From assembly GCA_002269645.1 (NCBI GenBank), contig NIVC01002916.1, positions 66,281 through 130,280 on the forward strand: 64,000 bases of DNA, given 5' to 3'. The translations under genes were made by a program, and so were the position numbers. This DNA comes from Macrostomum lignano. Taxonomy: Eukaryota. Below, piece after piece: positions 43,574 through 55,649 of the stretch (positions are counted from its first letter, which is position 1; each line of letters opens with the position of its first letter). The notes beneath the pieces are model-generated. The model made no database searches and was not told where the DNA came from. It saw nothing but the letters and a program-made list of their open reading frames with translations.

Positions 43574-45825
43574 GCGATGTCAGATTTGTTGTGCTGGCCT
43601 GAAAATTTCCAGTCGTGGCCATGGTCAGTGGTCCATAAACCATTTGGCTGTTGCATAAAAATTTTCAGAAAGAAATCGGAGATACAAAAAGTTCAATTCA
43701 AAATGATATTTGAAGGCTTATTAACAGACTTTGATATAAAACTATATAGAATTTAGGAATTGCACCAAGGGTATTAATAATGCTTAAATGCGAAAACTAA
43801 CCATAGTCCAGATTATGCTGATTGGTAGAAGTTTTAGCACTCCTGAACTTTATGCCACATATGCCAACTTAAAATTTATGCCTACTATTCATACAAACAA
43901 AGAAATCAGAGAACTTATAAAAGAAATAATTCTTAAAGACAAGTGTATATATACACTTGCTATAATTCATAGATAAGAATTTTCTCTATACTAGCCTATA
44001 AAAACATGTCAATATGAACTTTTAATTTAAAATACAATTAACATAATTTTGCTAATATAAACAGTATATAGCTAAATTTTTATATACACAAAGTATGCCA
44101 ATTTCTTTGCCAACCTCTGACATAAAAACATTTGTCTAATTATACAAAACTTTTCTAGACAATTCAAATCTTAAATCTAAAATAAATGAGTACATTACAC
44201 TTGCATAGGCAATCAATAAAAATTTTATAAATAGGTATATATTTCCAAAATTTTAATTTACTTGAGCAGCATTAAGCCTTCAAAAGTACTAGCAATAAAA
44301 AATGCATGTCTAAAGTGGCCACACACTAAAGGTGGCCATAGCTCTAATTGGCTTGTGCAATGAGAAATAGATTTGAACTTCTTTTAATTGCTATTAGCTA
44401 TTTCTAGCTACTAGGATATAGAGAAGACCATTGTGTATATCTCTTTGGTCTCAACTATAATTTTGACTATAATTAATTATAATTGCCAGTTATATATATA
44501 TAGCTAAATAGCCAGTTATATATATATAACTAATATATATATATATATTAGTTACCATTCAAAAGCTATCTGATACTAGATATTTTGGCAAATAAGGTAG
44601 GGAGATTGAGGTAGAGGGGATTAATAAGAGAGCTTCCATTCCTATATCCTATCCTTCTCATCTTTCTAAACCAAAAAAGAAATGGGTTTGCTTTGTAGCC
44701 ATTGTAGCCACGTTGGTCTGTGGCCACCTTGGTCTATCATCATATAAAATAATAAAAAAGTAAAAAATGACTATAATAATATACTATTATTAATTCTAGA
44801 AAATTCTCAATTAAACTTTTGGGAAACACTATGTATACTTTTGGTACTTTAATATTAATTATATATATTTAATATTATATATTATATAATTTATTATACC
44901 TGACCTAATTAGGGAGATGTGCAACCAACAGCTTAGCTACAGCTATTTGTGTGGCATATCTAAAGGCTGTTCAGTCCAAAGACTGGGGAGTCGCCACAAA
45001 CACCCTCAAATACCCCAGCTGATGCTGGCACCCATTTTACATCTGGGTGAACTAAAACAATGCAGAGTTAAGCTTTCTTAATCTTAATATTTGGCATTTG
45101 TATGGCATTTAGTATTAAAGTACAAATATGAATGTAAAAAACTGTTTAAAATGTATTCTATAATACAAAATTTTCTGACTATATATGCATTAAAGTATTT
45201 TTATCATTTATAATTTTAAGATGTACTTATTGCTATATTATTAGTATTGCAAATAGGATCGAGTCAAAAATGCATTTAATGTACTTTAATAATTATATTA
45301 AGTTAGCTGATCAGCTAGATTTTAAATATCTAGTCAATTGGCACAATGTTCTATAGGCCTACATAAAAATCTATAGTTTATATTGGAGTTAGCAGATCTT
45401 TAAAAAAATATAAATTATTTTTTTGAATTCTATTGAAATAAAACAAGCTTGGACAAAGGAACCTTTCAAAAAAGTGGTAATGCTTGAAAGAATACGTCAA
45501 AGGCAAATATCAAAGCTATGTTTTCAGTATAGCCTACAGTAAAAATATTGTATCTTCTTAGCGATTGGGGGGAGGGGCATTGTCTAGTATTCGGCCATAC
45601 TGACTCCAATTCCTACACCTATGTAAAAAAGCTCAAAGGTTGAATACTCCTAACAGAATATGCACAAATGCCCACATTCCACATATACTAAGCATCACAA
45701 AAAATCTCTTTAGATACTAAACGCCTAAGTTTTTGTTCCATCAGTACACAGTTGACAGTTCGAGGGAGGGACGAGGGAGGAGGACGAATCTCTAGGTACA
45801 GACTCGATAAAGCAAAAATTTAAAC

Positions 45826-46217
45826 GGGTCTCCCTAAAACACGCACCGCCCCGCCCCGAACCGCTACACATTATAACATTTTTTGTCAACGCAGTATTTG
45901 ATTGCAAAGAAAACTATTTGTTGTACAAGTAATGGAATAAATATCTTTAAACAATATTATAAATATTGTTATTATTTTTTATATTCTTGTTTTCATTATT
46001 AAATTATATTATTATTTTTATTATTATTATTATTACAATTATTATTAATAATATCACTTATTATTCACCGAATTTTATATTTCATAGTAAAAAACTTAAT
46101 TTAATAAAAACTTTGAAGCTTAACAGAAAACGCATTTTGAAGTGTCTTCAGTTATAGTCCAATTTGTTTTAATGTGTAGCGCTGCAGGGCGGTGCGGGGC
46201 GTGTTTTAGGGAGACCC
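45826..46217. mobile_element. MITE-like element: ~48-bp imperfect terminal inverted repeats around an AT-rich core
   Basis: GGGTCTCCCTAAAACACGC…CGCTACACATTA (45826-45873) is the reverse complement of 46170-46217 with few mismatches. Confidence 0.7.
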
Positions 46218-46530
46218 AATTTAAACCTAACCACGATAATATTGAAAGCGATAAAACAATTTAGTTGTCTTTAACAAGCACTTGGCGCAAAAGTGCAGAC
46301 CTGTCCAATTGATTGCATAATTATATTTAATTTTACCCACACAGTCAATATAAAGAATCAATTCAACAATAACATTAAAAACTTAGTTAACTGGAAAATT
46401 ACAAGTGTTTGAGTTTAACTTGATAATGGCCAAAGCACGAGCGTGCGTAGGCATTATCAACGACGCTACCCACTTAAGAGGTATATGGGACATATAGGAA
46501 CATTATTTCGGCTTTCTTCTTATATTTGCA

Positions 46531-47029
46531 CAAGCTGTTGAAACCCGCGGATTTTGAACCCGGGGAATTCCAATCCCCGGAACTACTTTTGCATGTTTTC
46601 TGAAATCTAAGGCCATACACAAACAAATTAATGTTAGTGGGATAGAGGTAGACATAAAATGGAGCACATTCGTGTAAAATTAGGGTTTGAGGCAAACGTT
46701 GATATTGTTTGCTGGGGTACTCCACAGAATGTCTCTTCCTTGTCCTCTCTATTCTTTTCTCTCTTCTCTTAACTCTCTCCTCTACTCTCTCATCTCTCCT
46801 CTCTACTCTTTCCTCTCTCTCTCCTCTCTCCCCTCTTCTCTCGTCTCTTCCCTCACCTCTTTCCTCTCTCTCTTTCCTCTCATCTCTTTTCTTGTTTTAT
46901 CTCTTCTCTCTCCCCTCGTCGCTCGTCTCTTCCCTCACCTCTCTCTCTCACCTCTCGTCCGCTCTTTCATCTCTCCTTTCTCTTCCTTTATCTTTTCTCT
47001 CTTATCTCTTCTCGTTTCTCTCTGCTCTG

Positions 47030-47108
<79 letters not shown>

Positions 47109-49074
47109 CTCTCCCATCTCTCTTCTCCTCTCTACTCTCTCCCCTCTTCATTCTCCTACTTCCTCTTCTCTCTCCCTGTCTCTCCTCTCTCCTCTAGTCT
47201 CTGTAATCTCTTCTCTCTTATCTCTCCTCTGTTCTCTCTACTCTCCCATCTCTCGTCTGTTCATCTGCTCTCTCATCTGTCATCTTTACTCTCTTATACG
47301 TTCTCTCACTTATCTCCTCTGTACTCTTCTCTTTCACCTCTTCTGACTCCTCTCTTTCCTTACTCCTTTCTTCTTTTCTCTTCCCTCTTCTATACTCTCT
47401 CTCTCATCTATTATCTTCTCTCGTCTCTCTGCACTCTCCTCTCACCTTTTTCATCTCTCATCTCTTCTTTCATCTGTCTCATCTCTACAATCTCATCTCT
47501 TTCCTCTCTCCTCCTCTTCCCTTTACTCTCTCATCTCTCCTTTCTCCCCTCTTCTTTCACCACTCTCTTATCTCTATCTCTTCTCTTCTCACTCCTCTAT
47601 CCCCTCTTATCTCCTCTCTTCTCTATCCTTTCTCCTCTCTCCTCTCTAATCTCTCCACTCCTCTTGACCCTCTGTCATCTTCTTTCTGCTCTCTCATCTC
47701 TACTCTCTTCTCGATCTTCTCTACTCTCCTCTCTCATCGATCCTCTGTCTCATCTCTCCCCTCCTCTCGCTTCTTCCTCCCTTCTTCTCTGCTCTCTCCT
47801 CAACCACTTTTTCTTTTCACTCTCATCTGGCCCGCAGCCATGAGCTGGATTCTTTATCTGGCCTTTGAGATAAAAATCTGCCAATCCCTGCTTCGAAAGT
47901 ACTATCATGGGACGTTAGTACTATCACGGTTATTATCATTTCTCATGCTTTAATCACGTCATCTTTCTGGCCAATTAGCAGCCCTGAGAGGAATTTGTGT
48001 ATCTCCATTCTCCAGCTCCACCACCACAGTCTGCAGCAGTCTAACAACCAAGGAAATACGCATTTCTTAGGAGGCCATTTAAATTTTAAAGTTACCTTAT
48101 GCGAATCTTAATGTTAAAATTTTCATGGTGTAACTAATTTAGTAGGATTGCATTGTAATCAGTTCATTGTAATCATTAATTTTTCGCTATTTTTACAAAC
48201 CATCCCACATCGCCTTGATTTGCCATTCTTGTTTAACTCCTGCAGACTTGTCTTATACAGGAGTGAGGACAGTGGTTGAATCTCTCGCTAAACTCTCTCC
48301 TGCTCCACGCCTCTCCACTCGCGGGGGTACAGAGAAGGCTATTCCAAAACACTGTACATTCGCTATGTACATTGAGCCCTATCGCCTGACCCTTCGTCTA
48401 GCTCTGGGGGAATGAGTGAGTCAGTGGCACAAACAACAGAAAAAGCAGACAAACTTCACATGCTTACAGTTTCTTTTTCGGTTGAGTTACAGAGTTGAAA
48501 CTTTACATTTAGATAGAGAATGGGTCAATGAAGAATTGTGTCAAGTTTGAAGTCAATCGCTTTACGTACGTGGAGCAAACTTATGGCAGCTGAAAGTTAG
48601 TCAATTTTGAAACCCTTTTACACATCTGGGCCCAGATTGGGATCAGGAAAGAGAGGCAGGCGGGCGGAGATTGGGGTGGTTGCTACGCTGAAAAAACAGC
48701 CTAACTTTAAAAGTGCACAGCACCGCTCAGGATTAACTTTGAGACTCGAAATTTTACATGATTGTGCCAAAATAGTTAAAGATTATCTGTGTCAAATTTG
48801 AAGAGAATCGGTAGAAGTGGAGCGGCGCTATGGAGGATTAAGTGAAAAAATCGCGCATTTTGAGCAGTTTTTTGTACTTTTAGGTAGGAAGACTCAAATT
48901 TAGGAAATTAAAAGGTAGCCTAAGACATTCTCCGTAGTAAGTTTAGGGTGGGTGTAAAGTTTGGTGTCATTTGGTTGAGCGGTTTGGGAGTCCATAGCGA
49001 TCAAAATTGTCCACACACAGACAGACACACACACACACACAGACACACAGAGTTTTGATTTTTATAGGTAGAGA
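46531..49074 (-). mobile_element. Non-autonomous Helitron-like element, copy A (2544 bp)
   Basis: On the - strand starts TCTCTACCTATAAAAATCAAAACTC(TG)n, ends with GC-rich palindromes then CAACAGCTTG, followed by host T. Confidence 0.75.
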
Positions 49075-49970
49075 CAAGCTGTTGAAACCCGCGGATTTTG
49101 AACCCGGGGAATTCCAATCCCCGGAACTACTTTTGCATGTATTCTGAAATCTAAGGCCATACACAAACAAAAACTTGTTAATAGTTAGTAGGATAGAGGT
49201 AGACATAAAATGGAGCACATTCGTGTAAAATTAGGATTTGAGGCAAACATTGATATTGTTGTCTGGGGTACTGCGCAGAATGTCAGGCAATGTCTGTCTG
49301 ACTCTAAAACATGTATGGGCAAACTCTGGCCTCTCCCTGCCTCTCCCTACGTCCCTTGGATCCTTTAAAATTTCTATCGTCTCTTCTGTTTCCTCTCTTC
49401 TCTCTCGTCCCTCGTCTCTCCTCTCTCATCTCTCCTCTCTTCTCTCGTATCTTTCCTCATCTCTCTTCTCTTTCATCTCTCTTCTCTTTCATCTCTCTTA
49501 TCTCATCTCATGTCTCTTCTTTTCTCTCTCCTCTCCTCTCTCCTCTCTACTTTTTCGTTTTCTCTCTCCTCTCCTCTCTCCTCTCTACTCTTTCGTTTTC
49601 TCTCTCCTCTCCTCTCTCCTCTCCCATCTTTTCTCGTATCTTCCCTCATCTCTCTTTTCTTTCATTTCTCTTATCTCATCTCTTCCCTCTTCTTTTCTCT
49701 CTCCTCTCCTCTCTCCTCTCCCCCTCTTCTCTCGTCTCTTCCTTCTCCTCTCTATTCTTTTCTCTCTTCTCTTAACTGTCTCCTCTACTCTCTCATCTCT
49801 CCTCTCTACTCGTTCCTCTCTCTCTCTCCTCTCATCTCTTCTTTCCTCTCTCCTCTCTCCCCTCTTCTCTCGTCTCTTCCCTCACCTCTTTTTCTCTCTC
49901 GCCTTTGGTCTTTCATCTTTCCTTTCTTTTCTTTTATCTTTTCTCTCTTATCTCTTCTCATTTCTCTCTG

Positions 49971-50040
<70 letters not shown>

Positions 50041-51990
50041 GTCTTTCTCTCTTATCTCTCCTCCTCTCTCTACTCTCTCCCCTCTCCATTCTCCTCTTTC
50101 CTCTCCTCTCTCCTCACTCACTTCTCTACATTTGTCTCTCTTCTCTCCTCTCGTCTTCGTAATCTCTTATCTCTTCTCTGTTCTCTCTACTCTCCCATCT
50201 TTCATCTGTTCACTCTCGTCTCTGCTCTCTCATCCCCCTCTTTAATCTGGCATCTCAGTCTTATATGTTCTCTCACCTCTCTCCTCTGTACTCTTTTCTT
50301 TCCCCTCTTTTGACTCCTCACTTTCCTTTCTCCTTACTTTTTTCTCTTCTCTTCCCTTTTCTATACTCTCTCTCCCTTTCTTCTCTCTCTCGAGTCTCCT
50401 CTCTCCTTTATCTCTCATCTCTCATTTCTCATCTCTCCTTCCACCTCTCTCATCTCTACAACCTTGGAGATGTAGAGATGTATCTTTATCTCTTCTCTCT
50501 TCCCCAGTGGTGGGAGTGAGGAGTGCCCATTTTTTTCGCGCCTACGATTTTTTTTCGCGCCGCAAGCTTTTTTGTGTCAATCTTTTGTGTCAACTCTCTG
50601 CTCTCCTCTCTGCTGTCTCCTCTCATCTGAAGCTCTCTGCTCTCATCTCTACTCTCTCCTCTCGCTTTTCCTCTCTCCCCTCTTCTCCCCCTCTCTCTCA
50701 TCGTCCTCACCCCCTCATCTCTCCTATTATCTTTTATATTTTCTTTTATCCCCTCTTTCGCTTCTCCTCTCTTCGAATCGTCTATTCCTTCTTTCCACTC
50801 TCATCTGCCCCTCAGCCATAAGCTGGATTCTTTATCTGGCCACTGACATGGTTGTTCTCATGCTTTGATCACGTCATATTTCTTGCCAATTCGCAGCCCT
50901 GAAAGGAATTTGTGTATCTTCAGCTCTACTGCAGTTTGCATCAGTCTAACAACCAAGGAAATACGCATTTCTTAGGAGGCCATTTAAATTTTAAAGTACT
51001 TTTAAGAGAAACTTAAAATGTCCATGGTGTGCCTAATTTATTAGGGTTGTATTTCATTGCATCGCATCGCCTTTTCATAAATTTTTCGCTTTTACAAACC
51101 ATGCTGGATTCCCTCGATTTGCCAATTGCCATCCACTGTTAAACTGCTGCAGAGTTTGCCAATACAGAGAGGAGGGCAGTGGTTAGAATTTCTCACTAAA
51201 CTGTTATGGCTAAACGTAGCCTCTCCACTCTTGGGGTGCGAGAAGGCTATAAAAAAAGTTATTCCAAAACACTGTACATTTGCTATGTACATTCAGTCCT
51301 ATCGCCTGACCCTTCGTCTGGCTCTGGGGAATGAGTGAGTGAGTGGCACAAACAACAGAAAAAGCAGACAAACTTCACATGCTTACAGTTTCTTTTTCGG
51401 TTGAGTTACAGAGTTGAAACTTTACATTTAGATAGAGAATGAGTCAATGAAGAATTGTGTCAAGTTGGGAGTCAATCGCTTTACGTGGAGCAAACTTATA
51501 GCAGCTGAAAGTTAGTCAATTTTGAAACCCTTTTACACATCTGGGCCCAGATCGGGATCGGGAAAGAGAGGCAGGCGGGCGGAGATTGGGGTGGTTGCTA
51601 CGCTGAAAAAAACAGCCTAACTTTAAAAGTGCACAGCACCGCTCAGGATTAACTTTGAGACTCGAAATTTTACACAATTGTGCCAAAATAGTTAAAGATT
51701 ATCTGTGTCAAATTTGAAGAGAATCGGTAGAAGTGGAGCGGCGCTATGGAGGATTAAGTGAAAAAATCGCGCATTTTGAGCAGTTTTTTGTACTTTTAGG
51801 TAGGAAGACTCAAATTTAGGAAATTAAAAGGTAGCCTAAGACATTCTCCGTAGTAAGTTTAGGGTGGGTGTAAAGTTTGGTGTAATTTGGTTGAGCGGTT
51901 TGGGAGTCCATAGCGATCAAAATTGTCCACACACAGACAGACACACACACACACACACACACACAGAGTTTTGATTTTTATATGTAGAGA
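49075..51990 (-). mobile_element. Non-autonomous Helitron-like element, copy B (2916 bp), joined head-to-tail to copy A
   Basis: Host A|TCTCTACATATAAAAATC… 5' end; the 3' …CAGCTTG abuts the TC of copy A with no spacer. Confidence 0.75.
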
Positions 51991-52269
51991 TGGCAATTAT
52001 TTCCAAAGAATACCACAGAATGCTCATTCAGCCACTGAAGAAAAACAAATCTCAACGCAAAATTATTTCTGTATTTCTGAGTAGAAAGCTACTATTTCTG
52101 TGAAACTGTGGGAAAGCAGTAGGGAGTAGAATAATCACCATAAACTATATCACTCGCATGGGCTTTTGATTTTTACTTTGTGTTTTTGAGTTAATCATAG
52201 ATCAGCAAAGAGCCATGCACATTCTTTTATTCACGGCGAAAAGCAGTGCAAGTAGTAATAATAATATAA

Positions 52270-53292
52270 TTGACAAAATCACAAGCCCAGTACGCAGCTT
52301 ACGGCTGCAATTCCTAAGCCTTACAAGTGACCGCCTTTGGCGTGCTTCTATGCATTTCCTTCTGGAGACAGTACGAGGTATGTAGTTTCAGATCAGAACA
52401 GTACATCGTTAAGTTAATGTCTCGTGGTGTGATTTTTCTTATTCGATTTTGAAATCGTTTCAGTGTTCAATCTCTCTGACATCTTCCAGGTGCGAAGACT
52501 GCAGGGCTTGCCGATTGTTTCGAGCTGACCTTCTGGGAAAATCAAACAAACACTAATGGTAGAGCGGTTGTGGCAGCTTACACACATCAGGGTCTGTACA
52601 CATCAGAGATGTACACCCTGTCAAAATCAACGTCACGAGCCGGGAACGCGCCTTTGAAACAGTGCATATCCTACAATGAACCTTTACAAGGACGTTCCTG
52701 CTGAACGACACCGAAAGCCACTGTTAGTTTGAAGCGTGTCGACTGAGGCACAGCCAGATCCTTGCAGTCCTGCTTCTGATCTTCACGATCCTCAACCAAG
52801 AGGAAGAAAGCTGCAACAAGGCAAGAACTGAATCGGAAGCTGGATGGTGCTTAGAAGTCAAGTGGCGAGGCTGAAACGCCAGATAATTTCTGTCAAGTCT
52901 AAGAATTCAACATTGGAAGCAGCTTTTCGCTGCAGCCGCTTCGCATCAAAATGCTTTTGTAATTTCCTGAAAAAAACTGAATCCAACTGCTCGTGCTGTT
53001 ATTCAAGATCTAATTTTGAATTATTTAAAGAGACTTAGACCTGTCTGCAGGACGTGTAATTTCATTTAATTTGCCACTGAGATAATTCACTACAGTCCTC
53101 GATGCCACTGCTACCTGCGGAGCATGGGATTTTGCTTGCCGTCTAGATCGACAGTACACAGAAGCATCGGAAACTGTATGCGACAGCCGGGTGTTTTCCT
53201 GTGATAGAATCAGCTCAGCATGCTACTTCCATCGCGAGGTCAATGACGCCAGCGGAAAAAACTTGCACACTTAGTATCGATGGCATGGGGTG
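52270..53292 (+). pseudogene. Decayed P-superfamily (THAP9-like) transposase: THAP domain plus N-terminal transposase core, truncated by a foldback element
   Basis: AAYGCN…FYAFPSGDSTR|C…RADLLGK…RL*NSAYPTMNL (THAP motifs, GT-AG intron 52378-52489), then FATEIIHYSPRCHCYLRSMGFCLPSRSTVHR…PGVF and EKTCTLSIDGM, resembling P-transposase SPKAYxYLR…LPS and CxLxxDEM; several stops and frameshifts. Confidence 0.7.
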
Positions 53293-53294
53293 CA

Positions 53295-54680
53295 CGACAA
53301 TTGACTGCCACAATTTGACTGCGGTCAATTTTAACTGCGGACAATTTGACTGCCGAGCAATTTGACTGCCGAGCAATTTGACTGCCGAGCAATTTGACTG
53401 CCGAGCAATTTGACTGCCGAGCAATTTGACTGCCGAGCAATTTGACTGCCGAGCAATTTGACTGCCGAGCAATTTGACTGCCGAGCAATTTGACTGCCGA
53501 GCAATTTGACTGCCGAGCAATTTGACTGCCGAGCAATTTGACTGCTGAGCAATTTGACTGCCGAGCAATTTGACTGCACACAAAATAACTGCGGACAAAA
53601 TGACTGCGGTGAATTTGACTGCCGACAATTTTACTGCCGACAAAATGACTGCGGCAACTTGACTGCCAGCAAAATGACTGCCTAAAAACACTCCAGTCTC
53701 TTTATTAATGATCGTATTTATGCAAGGCTAGCAAGGCTTTTTACATGAGCAAAAATGGAAGCTACATTGGCTTTCAACAATACGTGCATGTTTATCTACT
53801 AGTAAAAGAAGCGTCATATCAAGAGAAGCGAAGTCATGTCAAACATAAAAGCCGTCATGTAAAACAAAAGAAAATTCATCAAACATAAAAGCAGCGTAAG
53901 GTTGCACATATAAGAAACGTAACCTAAAATATAAAGGAAGCGTCATTTAAAAATGTTTACGTCTTGGGATGTTAAGGCTTACGGGGGCGATTGCTGTGAT
54001 TTTGAGGCTTACTGGGGGAATTGCTGAGATCTCAATGCTTACTGGGGAATTGCTAAGATGTCAAGGCTTACAACGGGAAATTGCTGAGATGTCAAGACAA
54101 ATAGGATACACATTTATAATTTTCGTCTCTTGCTTATTGGCCGCCCCGAAGGGGTCGCAAGATTGCTATACTAATGGTCAAACTGATCTTTTACATGTAG
54201 CTGTGTTCAATGAATGCTGTTTATAGGGTTTTCTTTCTCCCATGTCATATTAATCTCATATTTTAATCTTATTGATTCTTTCAAATTTAAAAAAATGCCA
54301 CATACTCCTCCTATCAGAAGAGCTTTATTAGGCCTAATCAAAGCTAAAGTTAGTGATACGCTAGCGCGCGGCTAGCTCTATAAGCAGCATTCATTGAACA
54401 CAGCCACGCTGGTACATGTGGAGGATCCGTTTGAACATTAGTAGATATACATGCAAGTATTGTTGAAAGCCAAATGTAGCTTGCATTTTTGTTCATTGTA
54501 AAAAGTCTTGCTAGCCTTGCATAAATACGATCATGAATAAAGAGACTGGAGAGTTTTTTAGGCAGTCATTTTTGGCAGTCATTTTGCTGGCAGTCATTTT
54601 GCTGGCAGTCAAATTGCCGCAATCATTTTGTCAGCAGTCAAATTGTTGGCAGTCAAATTGTCGGCAGTCATTTTGTCGGC
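53295..54680. mobile_element. Foldback-type element with long modular inverted repeats (subterminal AATTTGACTGC tandem repeats)
   Basis: Left arm 53295-53801 plus 54169-54226 mirrors right arm 54378-54680. Confidence 0.75.
53802..54168. mobile_element. 367-bp insertion nested in the left arm of the foldback element
   Basis: Interrupts the mirror symmetry, flanked by TACTA direct repeats (53797-53801, 54169-54173), carries a GC hairpin GCCGCCCCGAAGGGGTCGC. Confidence 0.55.
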
Positions 54681-55271
54681 AGTGTGGCGGCCAGACTACG
54701 CGACCGGCAGCACCAGTGCAGCCGCACTGGAAACCCCCCAACCTCTGTCTAGCTGATGTGGGGTGGTTGCGCACCAGCTTAGCCGGCTCCCTAAGCCAGG
54801 GGGTTGGCGTAGCCTATCACGCCACGCCACATGTTCGCACCTCCCTTGGCCCCTCATGAACCTCGCGCAGTTTGTTGTACATATAAATTTATACGCAAAG
54901 CAGCACAAAACTCATTCGATCTATTGAAATTAAAAGGCCTTCCGCATTGATTTTGCATTTTGCATTTGAGCCTGACCAAAACTTTTTTGTTGCCCTTTGT
55001 TGCTATACATGCTACCATGTTACCGCATGCAAATGCAAAGTGCGCATACAAAATATGAAACGCGAATCGAATCCCTTGACTTGATAGAGTGGAGTGGAAC
55101 TCGAAAGGAAGGAATCAGCAGACACCTATGCCGTATGCCCGTATGGTAAAAATTCAAGCAGCATCCAATCCAGTTGGCGGGCGCGGGCGGATTAGTGGGC
55201 CTGGGCCTAAGTATTAATGCATGCAGCAGCTGGAGTTAGTTGATGAGCGCGCGGCATGCAGTTAAAGAGGC

Positions 55272-55277
55272 AAAAAA
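55272..55277 (-). terminator. Pol III oligo-dT terminator (T6) of the 5S gene, repeated in each unit
   Basis: TTTTTT immediately at the 5S 3' end. Confidence 0.9.
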
Positions 55278-55395
55278 GACAACAGCATTTGGTATTCCCA
55301 GGCGGTCACCCATCCAAGTACTAACCAAACCCAACGTTGCTTAACTTCGGTGATCAGACGAGAACCGGTGTTTTCAACGTGGTATGGCCGTTGCC
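55277..55395 (-). rRNA. 5S rRNA: 5S rRNA gene, copy 1
   Basis: GGCAACGGCCATACCACGTTGAAAACACCGGTTCTCGTCTGATCACCGAAGTTAAGC…GTTAGTACTTGGATGGGTGACCGCCTGGGAATACC…GCTGTTGTCT, followed by a T-run; box A and box C present, terminal helix pairs. Confidence 0.98.
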
Positions 55396-55418
55396 ACTGG
55401 CTGATAGGAGCTGAGCTC

Positions 55419-55426
55419 ATAATTAA
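55419..55426 (-). promoter_or_regulatory. TATA-like element (TTAATTAT) at -31 to -24 of the 5S gene, repeated in each unit
   Basis: Position typical of upstream AT-rich elements of 5S genes. Confidence 0.5.
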
Positions 55427-55649
55427 CCTGAACCTGCAGCTACATGTATATACGGACCATACGGTACGGATCAATTGTGTGGGCCGCCTCTCGTCTATAC
55501 TCTAATTATTGTAATATATAATTAGTAATGCGGACGGATTTACCGCGCTCGTAGTATATAGTGAACTATAGTGGTGATTTGCAGTCAAGTCAAAGTCAAC
55601 CTAACTAGCTCAACGCAAACAGTAACGCGTACAGTCCAGCTTGACTCTG

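Noticed and set aside
55130-55170. AATTTTTAC Sm-like motif on the - strand downstream of 5S, suggesting a third snRNA
   Set aside because: No convincing flanking hairpins and no U2/U4/U5 signature (for example the U5 loop GCCUUUUAC) could be found by eye.
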